DNA of 64,000 bases from Bdellovibrionales bacterium (lineage in GTDB: Bacteria > Bdellovibrionota > Bdellovibrionia > Bdellovibrionales > JAUICD01): positions 2,656,001 through 2,720,000 of the forward strand of contig OZ253553.1 in NCBI GenBank assembly GCA_965262715.1, read 5' to 3'. This document shows, piece after piece, positions 9,465 to 20,353 of the stretch (position 1 is the first letter of the stretch; the number at the start of each line of letters is the position of its first letter). Both the position numbers and the translations under genes were made by a program. The notes beneath the pieces are model-generated. The model was not told the DNA's origin and did not search any database. It worked only from the letters and a program-made list of their open reading frames with translations.

Positions 9465-10370
9465 TTAAAATAAACTTTCTTGTGATTCTTCATTTGAAAG
9501 AATATAAGAGTTTTTATCATTTACATTAAACTCTATATTAACAATTGTGCCATCAAAATAGTTAGCAAACAAATTTTTATAAGATCCTGATTGGCTATTG
9601 TCCCAATAACCATCTCCTGAAATAATTTGAACCCTTCCTTTGTTTAGTTTTATAAATGAAAGCAGAGTACTAAGACCCATACCTCCAGGTATTTGATAAC
9701 TACGAGTAGTATTTCCCTCTTGGATAGCCCACTCAATAGCCTCAAAGGAGGAAATCTTTGATTGTCTATGTCTACTATAGTGTGACACATTTTTTTGGAT
9801 TGTAGAACCCAAGTTAACAATTGAAAAATCTACCTTACCTTTCTTAGGATAAAATTGGCCACAACTAAAGATATTTTTTGTATTACCGTGAGTTTGCGCA
9901 TTCATAAAAACTTCTAACATATTTTCTGTAACTTTCTTCTTCAAAAGAGGGGACATTTTAGGAAGATCGTGTATAGAAAATAATTTATCAGAGAGATATT
10001 TTAAGAAAACTTTGTGATCATCTTTTCTAAACTTTTTGTAGGGAATAGTCGTTCCCCAAATATCAGAAACATACCATCCTCCAAAATTGCTTAAAAAAGA
10101 ATTTCTAGAGAGAATCGACTCTATATTAAGAGGTAATTTTGAGACAGCTACTGAGTTTATAGCATTTTGTAGTTTTGTTATAATGGCTCCCAATACAGCA
10201 CTTAGATTTGCTTCAAACCAAATACAATCAGAAAAATCAATATCAATCTCATCAAGCATCAAATTTTTTGTCTTTGAATAAAGATCTAGTAGTTGTTCAT
10301 AACCTAAAAAGTTATTTTCAACTCTGTAGTCAAATTTATATGTATAATTCATCTGTTTATTCCCTACCAA
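9465..10370 (-). CDS. STAS-like plus GHKL/HATPase anti-sigma-factor-type kinase
   Basis: N-terminal IDFSDCIWFEAN; N-box LEVFMNAQTHG; G1 IVNLG; G2 GGMGL; DGTIVNIEF. Confidence 0.8.
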   Translation of the reverse strand: MVGNKQMNYTYKFDYRVENNFLGYEQLLDLYSKTKNLMLDEIDIDFSDCIWFEANLSAVLGAIITKLQNAINSVAVSKLPLNIESILSRNSFLSNFGGWYVSDIWGTTIPYKKFRKDDHKVFLKYLSDKLFSIHDLPKMSPLLKKKVTENMLEVFMNAQTHGNTKNIFSCGQFYPKKGKVDFSIVNLGSTIQKNVSHYSRHRQSKISSFEAIEWAIQEGNTTRSYQIPGGMGLSTLLSFIKLNKGRVQIISGDGYWDNSQSGSYKNLFANYFDGTIVNIEFNVNDKNSYILSNEESQESLF

Positions 10371-10598
10371 TATGTTTCAATTAGTCTAAAATAGACTTTG
10401 AACAGCTAATCTTTATCTATTTAGACTTTATAACTCTTTTCAAATAAAAAGATAGATTTTTGAACTCTTTTCCAGTTTCTTTGAGGTATTTTTTGTTTTC
10501 GCGCCTTTTTCAACTCCAAATTGCATTTTTCTTGTTTGTTCGTAATTTCTGCTAAAACAAAGCTATTGAAGGATTGTCAATTTTTAAAGGAGAAAGTC

Positions 10599-11281
10599 TT
10601 GTCTAACACTTCTTGTCCTTTAGGTCAACATTATGTGAAGGAGAACACACTCGTAGAACTAAAAAAAGTGGGATTGTTCCTGTATCTGAACATTGTCGAG
10701 TTAATCCTAAAGGTAAAGAAGATTTACTCTATGCGTCCAATATAAGACATCTCTACTATAACCGCTTGCAAAAAAAGTATCCCAAAATGCCAGCTATTAG
10801 AGGTTTTAGAGGATTTCATGAGTATGATCCGATGATTCAATTTTGGACAGAGTATTGGAAAGATAAAAAAAGATTGCCCAGAGAAGTAGATCCTTTGTTG
10901 ATTAAAGCTATGATTGCAGCTGAGTCGAGCTTCAGGCCTAGAGTGAGGACAAGTGATCCTAATAGCACAGCAGCTGGATTGATGCAACTAACAGGCAGCA
11001 CATTAAGAACTCTTAGAGGCAATCCAGATAGAAAAGATTATATTGAAGTTAGACATTATCCTGTCTATTTAGAGGATGATGAACATTTGGATCCACTCGT
11101 AAATATTGCAGCAGGCATTCGTTGGTTAGGGCATAAAATAGAGAAATCTCGTAAGAGAAACTCAAAAGATATAGCTGAAAGAATATTTGCAGGAGTTAAA
11201 TTTTATCATTCGTGGGATCAAGAAGGGGAGAATTATGCAAAAAAAGTTTATAGATATTACAATGCAACACTTAGTCAATAA
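10599..11281 (+). CDS. SLT-family lytic transglycosylase, probably frameshifted near the N-terminus
   Basis: DPLLIKAMIAAESSF, AAGLMQ and DPLVNIAAG motifs. SD AGGAG plus TTG at 10599 starts in another frame (CPLGQHYVKE); removing a duplicated GA near 10641 joins it to HTRRTKK. Confidence 0.8.
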
Positions 11282-11933
11282 GTATGTAATCATTATTATG
11301 ACTGTAAGTTTAATGTCATGCAGCCATATTGTATATGATGAAGATCAAAATTCAGAAAATTCTGATGAAGAAGTGTATGTAGAAGAATATTCTGCAATGA
11401 ATCCGCCTCAGAAAAAATACAAAGAAATTTACTGCACTCCAGAAGATGAGAAAAAAGGTATAAAGGCAACTATTGACAATTTGTATGTTGCTTGTGGTCG
11501 TTCCAAAATTCAACCTATAAAAAGCAGAACTTTAGAAATTAAGCGTATTTTTTTAGGCGTAGAAAAATTGCCTAGTGGTGATTTGTTATTAGGACATCAT
11601 CTTTTAATTTTAAAAGCTGGTGATAAAATTTTACAGAAAGTGCAAGTCGAAAAAGAAGGTTATGATCCATTTTGGAGAGAAGTTGTTTTTGTCAAAATCA
11701 GAAAGGGTGTTTATTGGCAAGACCTTAACAATGATGGATATCCTGAGTTTGCTATGTTAAAAACAGATACAGGCAATGCAATTTATAGGCGAGTTGATAG
11801 ATACACCCTCAAAGGGGACTCTTTTCATTTTTATGGGTATGGAAAGTATGTTTGGCATACGGGCCAGCATGTTTTATTGAATTGTATGAAATGTTGGAAA
11901 TTTGATTTGGATGAATGTAAAAAATGCACATGA
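11235..11933 (+). CDS. Hypothetical lipoprotein with Cys-rich C-terminus
   Basis: Lipobox LMSC; QDLNNDGYPE FG-GAP-like loop; CMKC...ECKKC tail; start uncertain. Confidence 0.6.
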   Translation: MQKKFIDITMQHLVNKYVIIIMTVSLMSCSHIVYDEDQNSENSDEEVYVEEYSAMNPPQKKYKEIYCTPEDEKKGIKATIDNLYVACGRSKIQPIKSRTLEIKRIFLGVEKLPSGDLLLGHHLLILKAGDKILQKVQVEKEGYDPFWREVVFVKIRKGVYWQDLNNDGYPEFAMLKTDTGNAIYRRVDRYTLKGDSFHFYGYGKYVWHTGQHVLLNCMKCWKFDLDECKKCT

Positions 11934-11981
11934 TTATTGTATTAATAGGTCATATTCTTTGAATATATACAAAAAACTTTT

Positions 11982-12380
11982 GTGGTGGAACTCATGAAAA
12001 AGCTACCTACTAACGCTTTAAAGATTATTATAGAAAAAGATAAGAGAAAGCATCGCATGTTTTTAGTACCTAAAAACAAAGCACAAGGAGTTATTGCTTT
12101 AATTAAACAGTTTGAAATTGATAATAAGATCAATAAAGATAAGGCAGATATAGATACAATGGGTATTTTTTCTAATTTGAATCAAAAGTACAGTAAGCCA
12201 GGAGCTATTTTGAGAGGAGCTAGACTGAAAGAAGGTTTATCTCAAAAAAAGTTAGCTGATCAAATGAAAATTGCGCAAACCCATATTTCAGAAATGGAAC
12301 ATGGTAAAAGACCTATTGGTAAAAAAATGTCTCAGAGATTTTCTAAAATCCTTAAAATTAATTACAAAGTTTTCTTATAA
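11982..12380 (+). CDS. XRE-family HTH regulator (antitoxin-like)
   Basis: PGAILRGARLKEGLSQKKLA...QTHISEMEHGKRPIG. Confidence 0.85.
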   Translation: MVELMKKLPTNALKIIIEKDKRKHRMFLVPKNKAQGVIALIKQFEIDNKINKDKADIDTMGIFSNLNQKYSKPGAILRGARLKEGLSQKKLADQMKIAQTHISEMEHGKRPIGKKMSQRFSKILKINYKVFL

Positions 12381-12724
12381 TTATCCTTTTAAAACCAGTG
12401 AGAATTTACGAAGTTGTTTACCATTCTAATCATGGCAGGCTAGTTGCCAATAACTTCATTTAGTAAAAAGCTATAATAACTTCAAAAAACGAATCTTATG
12501 AAAACTGTTTTTGTGGTTTTATTCAGGCCTTTTTAATGATGATTAAAAATTGTGCATCATATTATTAAATGAATTTGTAAAAATATTAAAAATATATATT
12601 GACTTGTATAAAAATCTTTTGATAGACTTATACAATTTAACTAATATTTTGATAAAAGGATTTGACCATATTATAAGGTCGTTAGCTTTTTATAAAAAGG
12701 AGGTGAAAGATAAATAGTAAAAAA

Positions 12725-13468
12725 ATGAAAATTATGTGGGGAGGGATATTTGCCTTCTCTGTGTTGGTTAGTTACAGAGTGTTTTTCCAGGAACCAGGAT
12801 CAGATAGAAGAATCAATACTGTCCTTTGGTTTCAAAATGCTGGGGAGATGCGAGCACTCTGCTACCAGGCTTTTAACTTAGCTCGCATAAAACTTGAGCA
12901 GGACTTCAATTCTCAACAAGTAGATCAAAAACAAAAACGGGCTATAGTTGTAGATGTGGATGAAACAGTTTTGGATAATAGCCCTTATACAGCTAAAAAT
13001 ATCCTTACTGAAAGAAGCTATCCTAATGGTTGGCAGAAGTGGATTGAGATGGTCGAAGCTCAGGCTTTACCAGGAGCAGTAGAGTTTTTACAATATGCTA
13101 CCAGTAAAGGAGTTAGTATCTTTTACATCACAAATCGTAAAAATGCAGTGCGAGCTGCTACCATCGAAAATCTCAAAAAAATAGGAGCTCCGGTAAAAGA
13201 AGAATATGTGATGATGAGAGAAACAGATTTTTCTAAAGAAACTAGACGGCAGCAGGTTTTGAAAGATCATCGCATAGTTCTGCTTATAGGAGATAATCTT
13301 GGAGATTTTGATAGAGTGTTTGATGTTCCAGATCAAGAGGCTCGCAATAATACTGTAGATAAAATGCAAGAGGAGTTTGGTAGAAAATTTATTGTTTTAC
13401 CTAATCCTATTTATGGTAATTGGGAGAGAATTATTTCTAATTACAGAGAAGCTCTTCGTTCCTATTAG
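12725..13468 (+). CDS. Class C acid phosphatase / 5'-nucleotidase, lipoprotein e(P4) family (HAD)
   Basis: DVDETVLDNSPY, YITNR, IGDNLGDF and LPNPIYGNWE motifs. Confidence 0.92.
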   Translation: MKIMWGGIFAFSVLVSYRVFFQEPGSDRRINTVLWFQNAGEMRALCYQAFNLARIKLEQDFNSQQVDQKQKRAIVVDVDETVLDNSPYTAKNILTERSYPNGWQKWIEMVEAQALPGAVEFLQYATSKGVSIFYITNRKNAVRAATIENLKKIGAPVKEEYVMMRETDFSKETRRQQVLKDHRIVLLIGDNLGDFDRVFDVPDQEARNNTVDKMQEEFGRKFIVLPNPIYGNWERIISNYREALRSY

Positions 13469-13589
13469 TTAATAGAAAATGGCTTTGATATTAAGATGGG
13501 TATTGGTAAATACAGCATCTTATTTGAGGACTCCTTCCTTTAAATAATTCATTTCATTAATAAACATGACTTTTGTAGATAAAATTAAA

Positions 13590-13691
13590 AAAGAAAAGTT
13601 AAGGCTTTATCTTTTCTTTTCAAAGGATTGTAAGTAAAAATAGCTTTCTTTATTTATTTACAAAGAAAACTTAACAGGTTATCTTTTCTTT
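13590..13691. promoter_or_regulatory. Two palindromic operator-like sites upstream of a Fic gene
   Basis: AAAGAAAA-N14-TTTTCTTT at 13590-13619 and 13662-13691. Confidence 0.55.
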
Positions 13692-13730
13692 TATAGGTCT
13701 TCATCATGACCTTAGTTGTGAGTATTTTTT

Positions 13731-14879
13731 ATGAAAAAAGCAAATTCACGTTTAGGAACTTATATACGTTGTAATGTTGCAGGAGAGAGTTATCAAGCTT
13801 TTATTCCACCTCCTCTCCCACCACAAATAGATTTGTCTCAATTACAAACATCTTTATCAAAGGCAAATCAAGCATTAGGGAAGCTCAGTGCCATTTTAGA
13901 GACTTTACCTGATGGTGATTTATTGCTTTACTATTATATTCGCAAAGAAGCTGTGTTGTCTTCCCAAATAGAGGGAACACAATCTTCTTTATCTGATTTA
14001 TTGCTATATGAAAGTACTGGAGAGGCGGTTCCTATTCGTGATGTTGTTGAAGTTTCGTCCTATGTGGCTGCTTTTTATCATGGTTTAAAGCGAATAGATA
14101 AAGGGTTTCCATTGTCTTTACGTCTTATAAAAGAAATGCATGAAATTTTACTTTCAAATGATTTTGGCAAAGGCAAACAGCCTGGGCAATTTCGCTCTTC
14201 CCAAAATTGGGTGGGTGGTAGCCGGCCAGGCAATGCCTTTTTTGTTCCTCCTCCAGCAAGCCACCTCATGGAATGTCTTGATCATTTTGAAAAGTATCTT
14301 CATGTTAAGCAGCGTCCTTATACCTCTTTGATTGATGCTGGTCTTATTCATGTACAATTTGAAACCATTCATCCTTTTTTGGATGGTAATGGTCGTATAG
14401 GTCGATTGCTTATCTCATTTTTTCTTATTTTGATGGGAGATTTACAAAAACCCATTCTTTACTTGAGTTTGTTTTTCAAAAATCATCGTTCTGTATACTA
14501 TGAAAAGCTCAATGCTGTGCGAACAGTAGGTGATTGGGAGGATTGGTTGGAGTTTTTCTTAACAGGTGTTATAGAAACATCTCATCAAATTATTGAAATT
14601 AGTAAAGCTATCTCTAATTTATATAAAAACGATTTTGCAACAATAGAACGTCTAAAACGCGCAAGGCTTTCTGCACACTTAGTTCATAATCTCTTACAAA
14701 AAAAAGCCATTGTTTCAGCAACTCATACAGCTAAGATATTAAATATTAGTACACCCACTGCACGAGCTGCTTTAAATAACTTAAAAGATCTGAATATTGT
14801 AAAAGTCAAACCTATTGGTAAAGAGCAGTTTTATATTTATACAGAGCTGATAAATCTTCTTGAAAAAAATGTTACTTAA
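13731..14879 (+). CDS. Fic-family protein with C-terminal HTH
   Basis: HPFLDGNGRIGR Fic motif; EAVLSSQIEGT inhibitory helix. Confidence 0.93.
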   Translation: MKKANSRLGTYIRCNVAGESYQAFIPPPLPPQIDLSQLQTSLSKANQALGKLSAILETLPDGDLLLYYYIRKEAVLSSQIEGTQSSLSDLLLYESTGEAVPIRDVVEVSSYVAAFYHGLKRIDKGFPLSLRLIKEMHEILLSNDFGKGKQPGQFRSSQNWVGGSRPGNAFFVPPPASHLMECLDHFEKYLHVKQRPYTSLIDAGLIHVQFETIHPFLDGNGRIGRLLISFFLILMGDLQKPILYLSLFFKNHRSVYYEKLNAVRTVGDWEDWLEFFLTGVIETSHQIIEISKAISNLYKNDFATIERLKRARLSAHLVHNLLQKKAIVSATHTAKILNISTPTARAALNNLKDLNIVKVKPIGKEQFYIYTELINLLEKNVT

Positions 14880-15004
14880 TAAAACTTTGATTATTCACCA
14901 TAAATAAGCATCATAAATAAATAGATTACTTTATGGAATGAATTTTAATAGCTCATCTGCAAATTGAACTTTAAGTTATTTTTTAAAACTGCTTCATTTT
15001 TACT

Positions 15005-15478
15005 CTAGTCACTTAAGACATCAACTCCTCTGTCGATGGGCTGATCAAGGCAGATAAAAGATTCTGTTGATTGAATTTCTTCAATACTCTGTAGTTTGTC
15101 AGATAAGAGTTGATATAACTTTTTAATGGAAGAAACACAAACTTTGATCACTAAAGCATATTTTCCAGTTGTGTAGTAAGCTTCAATAATTTCTGGAAAT
15201 GCTTTTAACTGTGACATTACATTCTGATTGCCTTTTGCACTTGTTAGGTGAATTCCGACAATAGCCTGGACATCCATCCCTAATACCCTAGAGTCAATGA
15301 TGATTCTAGACCCTTTTATTATGCCTAAATTGTTCATTTTTTGAATACGTTGATGAACCATGCCACCACTCACATTCAGCATACGGGCAATTTCCAAATA
15401 AGGCATACGGGCATCTTGGGAAAGAAAATAAAGGATCTTTCTGTCAATGGTATCAATTTGATAGTTTTCAAGGTTCAT
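15005..15478 (-). CDS. asnC: AsnC/Lrp transcriptional regulator
   Basis: IDTIDRKIL...DARMPYLEIA Lrp-type HTH; divergent from asnB. Confidence 0.88.
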   Translation of the reverse strand: MNLENYQIDTIDRKILYFLSQDARMPYLEIARMLNVSGGMVHQRIQKMNNLGIIKGSRIIIDSRVLGMDVQAIVGIHLTSAKGNQNVMSQLKAFPEIIEAYYTTGKYALVIKVCVSSIKKLYQLLSDKLQSIEEIQSTESFICLDQPIDRGVDVLSD

Positions 15479-15659
15479 AACTGCTCCAAATTAACAATTT
15501 AATACTTTATACCTTAAATTATAATGAATTCATTATAATTTCAACAAATATTGTAATATTTTACAATTATTGGTATGATAAAAATATTAAAATAGTATTA
15601 ACAGGCACTTAAAGTGTCATAATTATTAGAAGCACCAAGTCGTGAGGTTTAATTAAAAT

Positions 15660-17270
15660 ATGTGTGGATTTGTAGTCAATACTGGAACAACTACTCGTCA
15701 ATCAAAGCTGATTAAAGAGTTTCAAAAACTGTTACACCGAGGCCCAGATTCAAGTGTGATAAAGCATCCTTATCAAGATACTTCTATGCTTTTTCATCGG
15801 CTTGAAGTTCGAGGACTTAGCGAAACTGGTAATCAACCTTTTGATACAGATTTTGCCATGTTAGTTTGCAACGGTGAGATTTATAATAATGAAACGCTCA
15901 AGCAAAAACACTGTGCTGATTACAATTTTATTGGAACTTCAGATTGTGAGGTTCTTCTTCCTTTATTTAAGAAGTGGGGAATACATCAACTTTGTCTTGA
16001 AATAGACGCAGAGTTTGCTTTTGTTCTTTATGATAAAATAACTAATGAATTTTTTGCTGCTAGAGACCCTATTGGTATTCGGCCTCTTTTTTATGGTACT
16101 GATCAGAAGGGAGAGTTTTTATTTTCTAGTGAAGCCAAAGCTCTTCACAAGATTTGTAAAGACATTAAGCCTTTTCCTCCAGGACATTATTGGAGTCAAA
16201 AACAAGGATTTGTATGTTATCTTGATATCACACAAGAAACTTCACAAAAAATTGAAACAAATCGGCAAGAAGCCCTTATTAAAATTAAAAAGTATCTTAT
16301 AGAAGCCGTAGAAAAAAGATTGGAATCTGAGGTTCCAGTAGGCTTTTTATTAAGTGGAGGACTTGATAGTTCACTTATTTGCGCTATAGCTAATGAACTT
16401 TTACCAGGGCCTATTACCACTTTTGCTGTGGGTATTGATAAGAATCCTATTGATATCAAATATGCTCGTCAGGTAGCTGACTTTCTAAAGAGTGATCATC
16501 ATGAATATCTTTTTTCTTTTGAAGAGGTTCTTAAAGAGCTGCCTAATGTGATTTATAATTTAGAAAGCTATGATGTAACGACTATTAGAGCAAGTATTGG
16601 TATGTACTTGCTTTGCAAGTATATTAGGCAAAATACAGATACTGTTGTTTTACTTACTGGTGAAGTGAGTGACGAACTATTTGGATACAAGTACACTGAT
16701 TTTGCCCCTTCACCTTTGGCTTTTCAGATGGAATCTCAAAAAAGGATCAAAGAGCTTTATATGTATGACGTTCTGAGATGTGACCGTTGTATCAGTGCGC
16801 ACTCGCTTGAAGCAAGAGTTCCTTTTGGAGATATAAAGTTTGCTTCATTTATTTATAATCTTCATCCAGAGATGAAAATGAATCGTAATGGTGTTGGCAA
16901 ATCTTTATTACGAGAGGCATTTAGTTTAGGCGTTGGTCAAAATCAAATTCCTGTATTGCCACATAATATTCTTTTTCGTGAAAAAGCAGCTTTTAGTGAT
17001 GCTGTCGGGCATGCCTTAGTGGATCAACTTAAAGCTTATGCTGAGAAAAAATATTCTAAGGCTGATCTTTTAAAAGCACAGCTAAAATTTCCTCATTGTC
17101 CTCCACTGACTGAGGAAGCTTTACTTTATAGAGAAATTTTTGAAAATTTCTTTCCAAATCGAAGTCAGCTCATTAAAGCATTTTGGATGCCAAATCAGGA
17201 ATGGTCAAATTGTCAGGTAGGTGATCCGTCAGCTAGATGTCTTCCTAATTATGGAGCAAGTGGATTTTGA
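15660..17270 (+). CDS. asnB: Asparagine synthase (glutamine-hydrolysing)
   Basis: N-terminal MCG, HRGPD, NGEIYN, LSGGLDSS and EARVPF motifs. Confidence 0.96.
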   Translation: MCGFVVNTGTTTRQSKLIKEFQKLLHRGPDSSVIKHPYQDTSMLFHRLEVRGLSETGNQPFDTDFAMLVCNGEIYNNETLKQKHCADYNFIGTSDCEVLLPLFKKWGIHQLCLEIDAEFAFVLYDKITNEFFAARDPIGIRPLFYGTDQKGEFLFSSEAKALHKICKDIKPFPPGHYWSQKQGFVCYLDITQETSQKIETNRQEALIKIKKYLIEAVEKRLESEVPVGFLLSGGLDSSLICAIANELLPGPITTFAVGIDKNPIDIKYARQVADFLKSDHHEYLFSFEEVLKELPNVIYNLESYDVTTIRASIGMYLLCKYIRQNTDTVVLLTGEVSDELFGYKYTDFAPSPLAFQMESQKRIKELYMYDVLRCDRCISAHSLEARVPFGDIKFASFIYNLHPEMKMNRNGVGKSLLREAFSLGVGQNQIPVLPHNILFREKAAFSDAVGHALVDQLKAYAEKKYSKADLLKAQLKFPHCPPLTEEALLYREIFENFFPNRSQLIKAFWMPNQEWSNCQVGDPSARCLPNYGASGF

Positions 17271-17283
17271 CTTTAATCCTGAT

Positions 17284-17700
17284 TTAAGAAGGTTCTGATA
17301 TAATAGTAACGAGTTGAGGTAGAATAGATTCATTGGCGGGTAGTAAGCGGTAATCTTTTAATTGAGAAGGTTCTATCCATTTCAAATCAGTGTGATAAAG
17401 ATTTTTTATTTCACCTCGCCAAGATATCACTTTATAAAATAAAAGCAGTACAGCGTGACTTGAGCTGTATGCATAATTATGAGCTAACTTGAGGCTATCA
17501 ATTTCAGCAGTGATACTCAGCTCTTCTTTAAGTTCTCTTTTAAGAGCATCTTTTGGAGTTTCTTCCCACTTGATCTTTCCTCCTGGAAACTCCCAATAAC
17601 CTGCTGTACTTTGAGACTCTTCTGTCGGACGTAATCCTAGAAGTACTTTTCCATTTTGACATATCAGTCCGACAGCAACAGGAGTGTAATATCTATCCAT
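17284..17700 (-). CDS. mutT: MutT-like NUDIX (d)NTP pyrophosphohydrolase
   Basis: WEFPGGK...ETPKDALKRELKEEL Nudix box. Confidence 0.8.
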   Translation of the reverse strand: MDRYYTPVAVGLICQNGKVLLGLRPTEESQSTAGYWEFPGGKIKWEETPKDALKRELKEELSITAEIDSLKLAHNYAYSSSHAVLLLFYKVISWRGEIKNLYHTDLKWIEPSQLKDYRLLPANESILPQLVTIISEPS

Positions 17701-17863
17701 AATTAAGATTCCTCTTAAAATTTATATGATGGATTTTTAAAAGAAAGTCTATGAGTTATTTTATTCAGATAATTCTAATTATTGATCGTGTTACCTCATA
17801 GTTTTCAGTTTCTTCTTAAGAATCTGCGGTAAATATGATTATAAACTTTGTTTTTAAATTATT

Positions 17864-18124
17864 TTAAGCAACTTTTTGGCGAATAAGATAAAGGTCCCAT
17901 TTAGCTTGCATTGTTACCCATGTTTCTGCACTAATACCAAACACTTTTTCTAATTGAATAGCAAAACTTGCAGAGATTCCTCTTTTATTATTACAGATCT
18001 CTGAAATCTTTCTTTCAGCACAACCTATCTTTTCTGCTAGCCATTTTTGAGTTAATCCACGCTCTTCAAGCACCATTGTTTTTAAAAATTCACCAGCTGA
18101 GTATCTAACTTTTAATTCAATCAT
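17864..18124 (-). CDS. higA: HigA antitoxin
   Basis: AGEFLK...LTQKWLA...ISEICNNKRGIS...AETWVTMQAKWDL. Confidence 0.88.
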   Translation of the reverse strand: MIELKVRYSAGEFLKTMVLEERGLTQKWLAEKIGCAERKISEICNNKRGISASFAIQLEKVFGISAETWVTMQAKWDLYLIRQKVA

Positions 18125-18410
18125 GATAATCCATTACCTCAACGTTTATAAATTCTTCCTTATTGTATTGAAATATTATACACCATGGCTTTTCTATTGT
18201 TATTGACCAGAACTTTTTTATATTTCCTTTAAGTTTGTGAATCTTTAATGAAGGAGGTTCACAAATATTCTTTAGGTCTTTAAAAGAACTGACATCACTT
18301 AAAGGTTGTAAAAGTAATATAGCTCTTTTATTTAGTCTTTCAGGAAAACGCTTTGAGCCACCCTTCATTATAAGATCTTTAGTTATTTTTCCATTAGTAG
18401 ACCTAATCAC
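18117..18410 (-). CDS. higB: HigB (RelE/ParE-family) toxin
   Basis: PPSLKIHKLKGN...WSITIEKPWCIIF...VEVMDYH; overlaps the higA start. Confidence 0.85.
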   Translation of the reverse strand: MIRSTNGKITKDLIMKGGSKRFPERLNKRAILLLQPLSDVSSFKDLKNICEPPSLKIHKLKGNIKKFWSITIEKPWCIIFQYNKEEFINVEVMDYHD

Positions 18411-18411
18411 A

Positions 18412-18436
18412 TTTACATATTAACACATTATGTAAA
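18412..18436. promoter_or_regulatory. Putative HigA operator
   Basis: TTTACATA-N9-TATGTAAA inverted repeat between the higB start and a minus-strand TTGACA. Confidence 0.55.
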
Positions 18437-18481
18437 TATGTCAACTATCTTTAATAGTATTTAACTTTAAATTGAAAGTTC

Positions 18482-20263
18482 TTATTTTAAAGCTTTTCTC
18501 ATTCTTTGAAGGAAAGCTTTAGGCCCTTCAAAGCTTGTGAGAGTTAAGTCTTTTTGAAGGACTCCATCTTTATTATAAAAAAGTAAAGTTGGAAGACCTA
18601 AAACTTCAAACTCAGAAATCCATCTTGCCACATTTTCTGTTTCAGTTGTAGCGTCTATTTGTAAAAGTAAGAAGTTTTTAAATTCTACCTGCACATCAAT
18701 ATTGGCAAATGTATTGGTTTCCAATGCTTTACATACAGCGCACCATTCGGCTGTAAAGTCTATAATGATAGGTTGTTTTTGAGCGACACCTTCTTTAAAT
18801 AACTGATCTGTAAATTCTTCCCAAGGTGTTGAATTCTCATCTTCTACTGCTTGAGTATCTTGTGTTAAGAAAGCTTTTTGGAAAGCTGTATTTATTTGGT
18901 GATCAAAAAAGGCAATAGATAAAAATAAAATACCTATTATATAACAAGTAAAAGAGATACTTTTTCTTTTATTAAGTATTTTCATTAAGATATTTTCAAT
19001 CTTTGAGTTAGGATGAAAAGAAGTAAGCACTTTAAACTTCCCGTAAAAATAAATGCCTGTGAGAATAAATAGGATACCTAAGAGAGCACTTAAATAATGA
19101 AAATTTACAACAAAATTGAGATAATAGAGTGCCATGGCAATCATGCTTGTGCCAAAGAGGAACTTTACACCATCCATCCACGGGCCAGATTTTGGAAGTC
19201 GATTGATGAGTTGACTAAATGTTCCTAATAATACAAATAAAACACCAAGTCCCATAGCAAATGTAAAAAGTAATAAAAAGCCCAAGACAGTGTCTTGGGT
19301 CTGACTCACATAGGTGAGTATTCCTATGAGGACAGGCCCCACACAAGGACTTGCAACAATTCCTGATATCAGTCCTGCAAGAAAGACTCCTTTAAATCCT
19401 TTTTTGATTTTTCCCTCACTTAATTGCTTTTGTATCCATAAAGGAGTTTGTAGTTCAAAAACTCCATACATACTCAATCCCATCAATACAAATACAATGG
19501 CAATGACAGAAATAACTATAGGATTTGCTAACATGGCTCCAAAAAAAGAACCTGTTTTAGCTGCCATCACACCTAGAAAAGCGTAAGTAATGCCTATTCC
19601 AAAGACATAGCAAAGACTAAGGGCGAGGCTTTTTGACCTGGATTGTCCAATGACTTGTGTACCTAAAATAGAAAGGGTAATAGGGATCATTGGAAAAATG
19701 CAAGGAGTTAAGCTTGTTAAAAAACCTGCTATAAAAACGAAGAAAAGTGCCCAAAAAATACCTTTATTAAGAGCTTGATGGAAACGAGAGATAGCATCTG
19801 GTTTTTGAATGTGATTGCTCATATCTAGAGAAAATGGAATTTTTTTAGGAAGTAGACAAAACTCATCTGTACAAGCTTGATAAACCATCCATCCATCTAA
19901 TGTATGAATATCTGTGTTTTGTGCAATCTGCATTTGAGCAGATAACTGACCTTGGCCAACAAAGCCTTCTTGTGTCTTATCAAAGAATTTATCATAAAAA
20001 ACAATAGTAGGTTCAACCTTCAGAGATGAAAAAGTCACTTGTTGAGGGTTTTTTGGTTTCAGTTGGAACTTATCAAGATAAGCCTTATAGCCTTCCATTA
20101 ACTCGAGTTGAAATATAATTTGGTTCTTTTGATCATCTGTATTGTCAATTTGTTCAGCAGAAATAGATAAAGGATTTGGATGAGGAGTTGGCAATTGTGC
20201 TTGAGATGAGGTGCTTAAAACAAAATAAGTAAGACAGCAAATAAGGTATGGTAGTAACTTCAT
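18482..20263 (-). CDS. dsbD: Protein-disulfide reductase DsbD
   Basis: QACTDEFC, LTPCIFPMIPI, SPCVGP and thioredoxin WCAVC motifs. Confidence 0.93.
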   Translation of the reverse strand: MKLLPYLICCLTYFVLSTSSQAQLPTPHPNPLSISAEQIDNTDDQKNQIIFQLELMEGYKAYLDKFQLKPKNPQQVTFSSLKVEPTIVFYDKFFDKTQEGFVGQGQLSAQMQIAQNTDIHTLDGWMVYQACTDEFCLLPKKIPFSLDMSNHIQKPDAISRFHQALNKGIFWALFFVFIAGFLTSLTPCIFPMIPITLSILGTQVIGQSRSKSLALSLCYVFGIGITYAFLGVMAAKTGSFFGAMLANPIVISVIAIVFVLMGLSMYGVFELQTPLWIQKQLSEGKIKKGFKGVFLAGLISGIVASPCVGPVLIGILTYVSQTQDTVLGFLLLFTFAMGLGVLFVLLGTFSQLINRLPKSGPWMDGVKFLFGTSMIAMALYYLNFVVNFHYLSALLGILFILTGIYFYGKFKVLTSFHPNSKIENILMKILNKRKSISFTCYIIGILFLSIAFFDHQINTAFQKAFLTQDTQAVEDENSTPWEEFTDQLFKEGVAQKQPIIIDFTAEWCAVCKALETNTFANIDVQVEFKNFLLLQIDATTETENVARWISEFEVLGLPTLLFYNKDGVLQKDLTLTSFEGPKAFLQRMRKALK

Positions 20264-20353
20264 AATTAGAGATTAACAGAATAAAGGAGAATATGCAGGA
20301 TATAATTAAAAATATTTTCAACAAATTTTGTATGTTTGTTAGCTCTAACTTTT

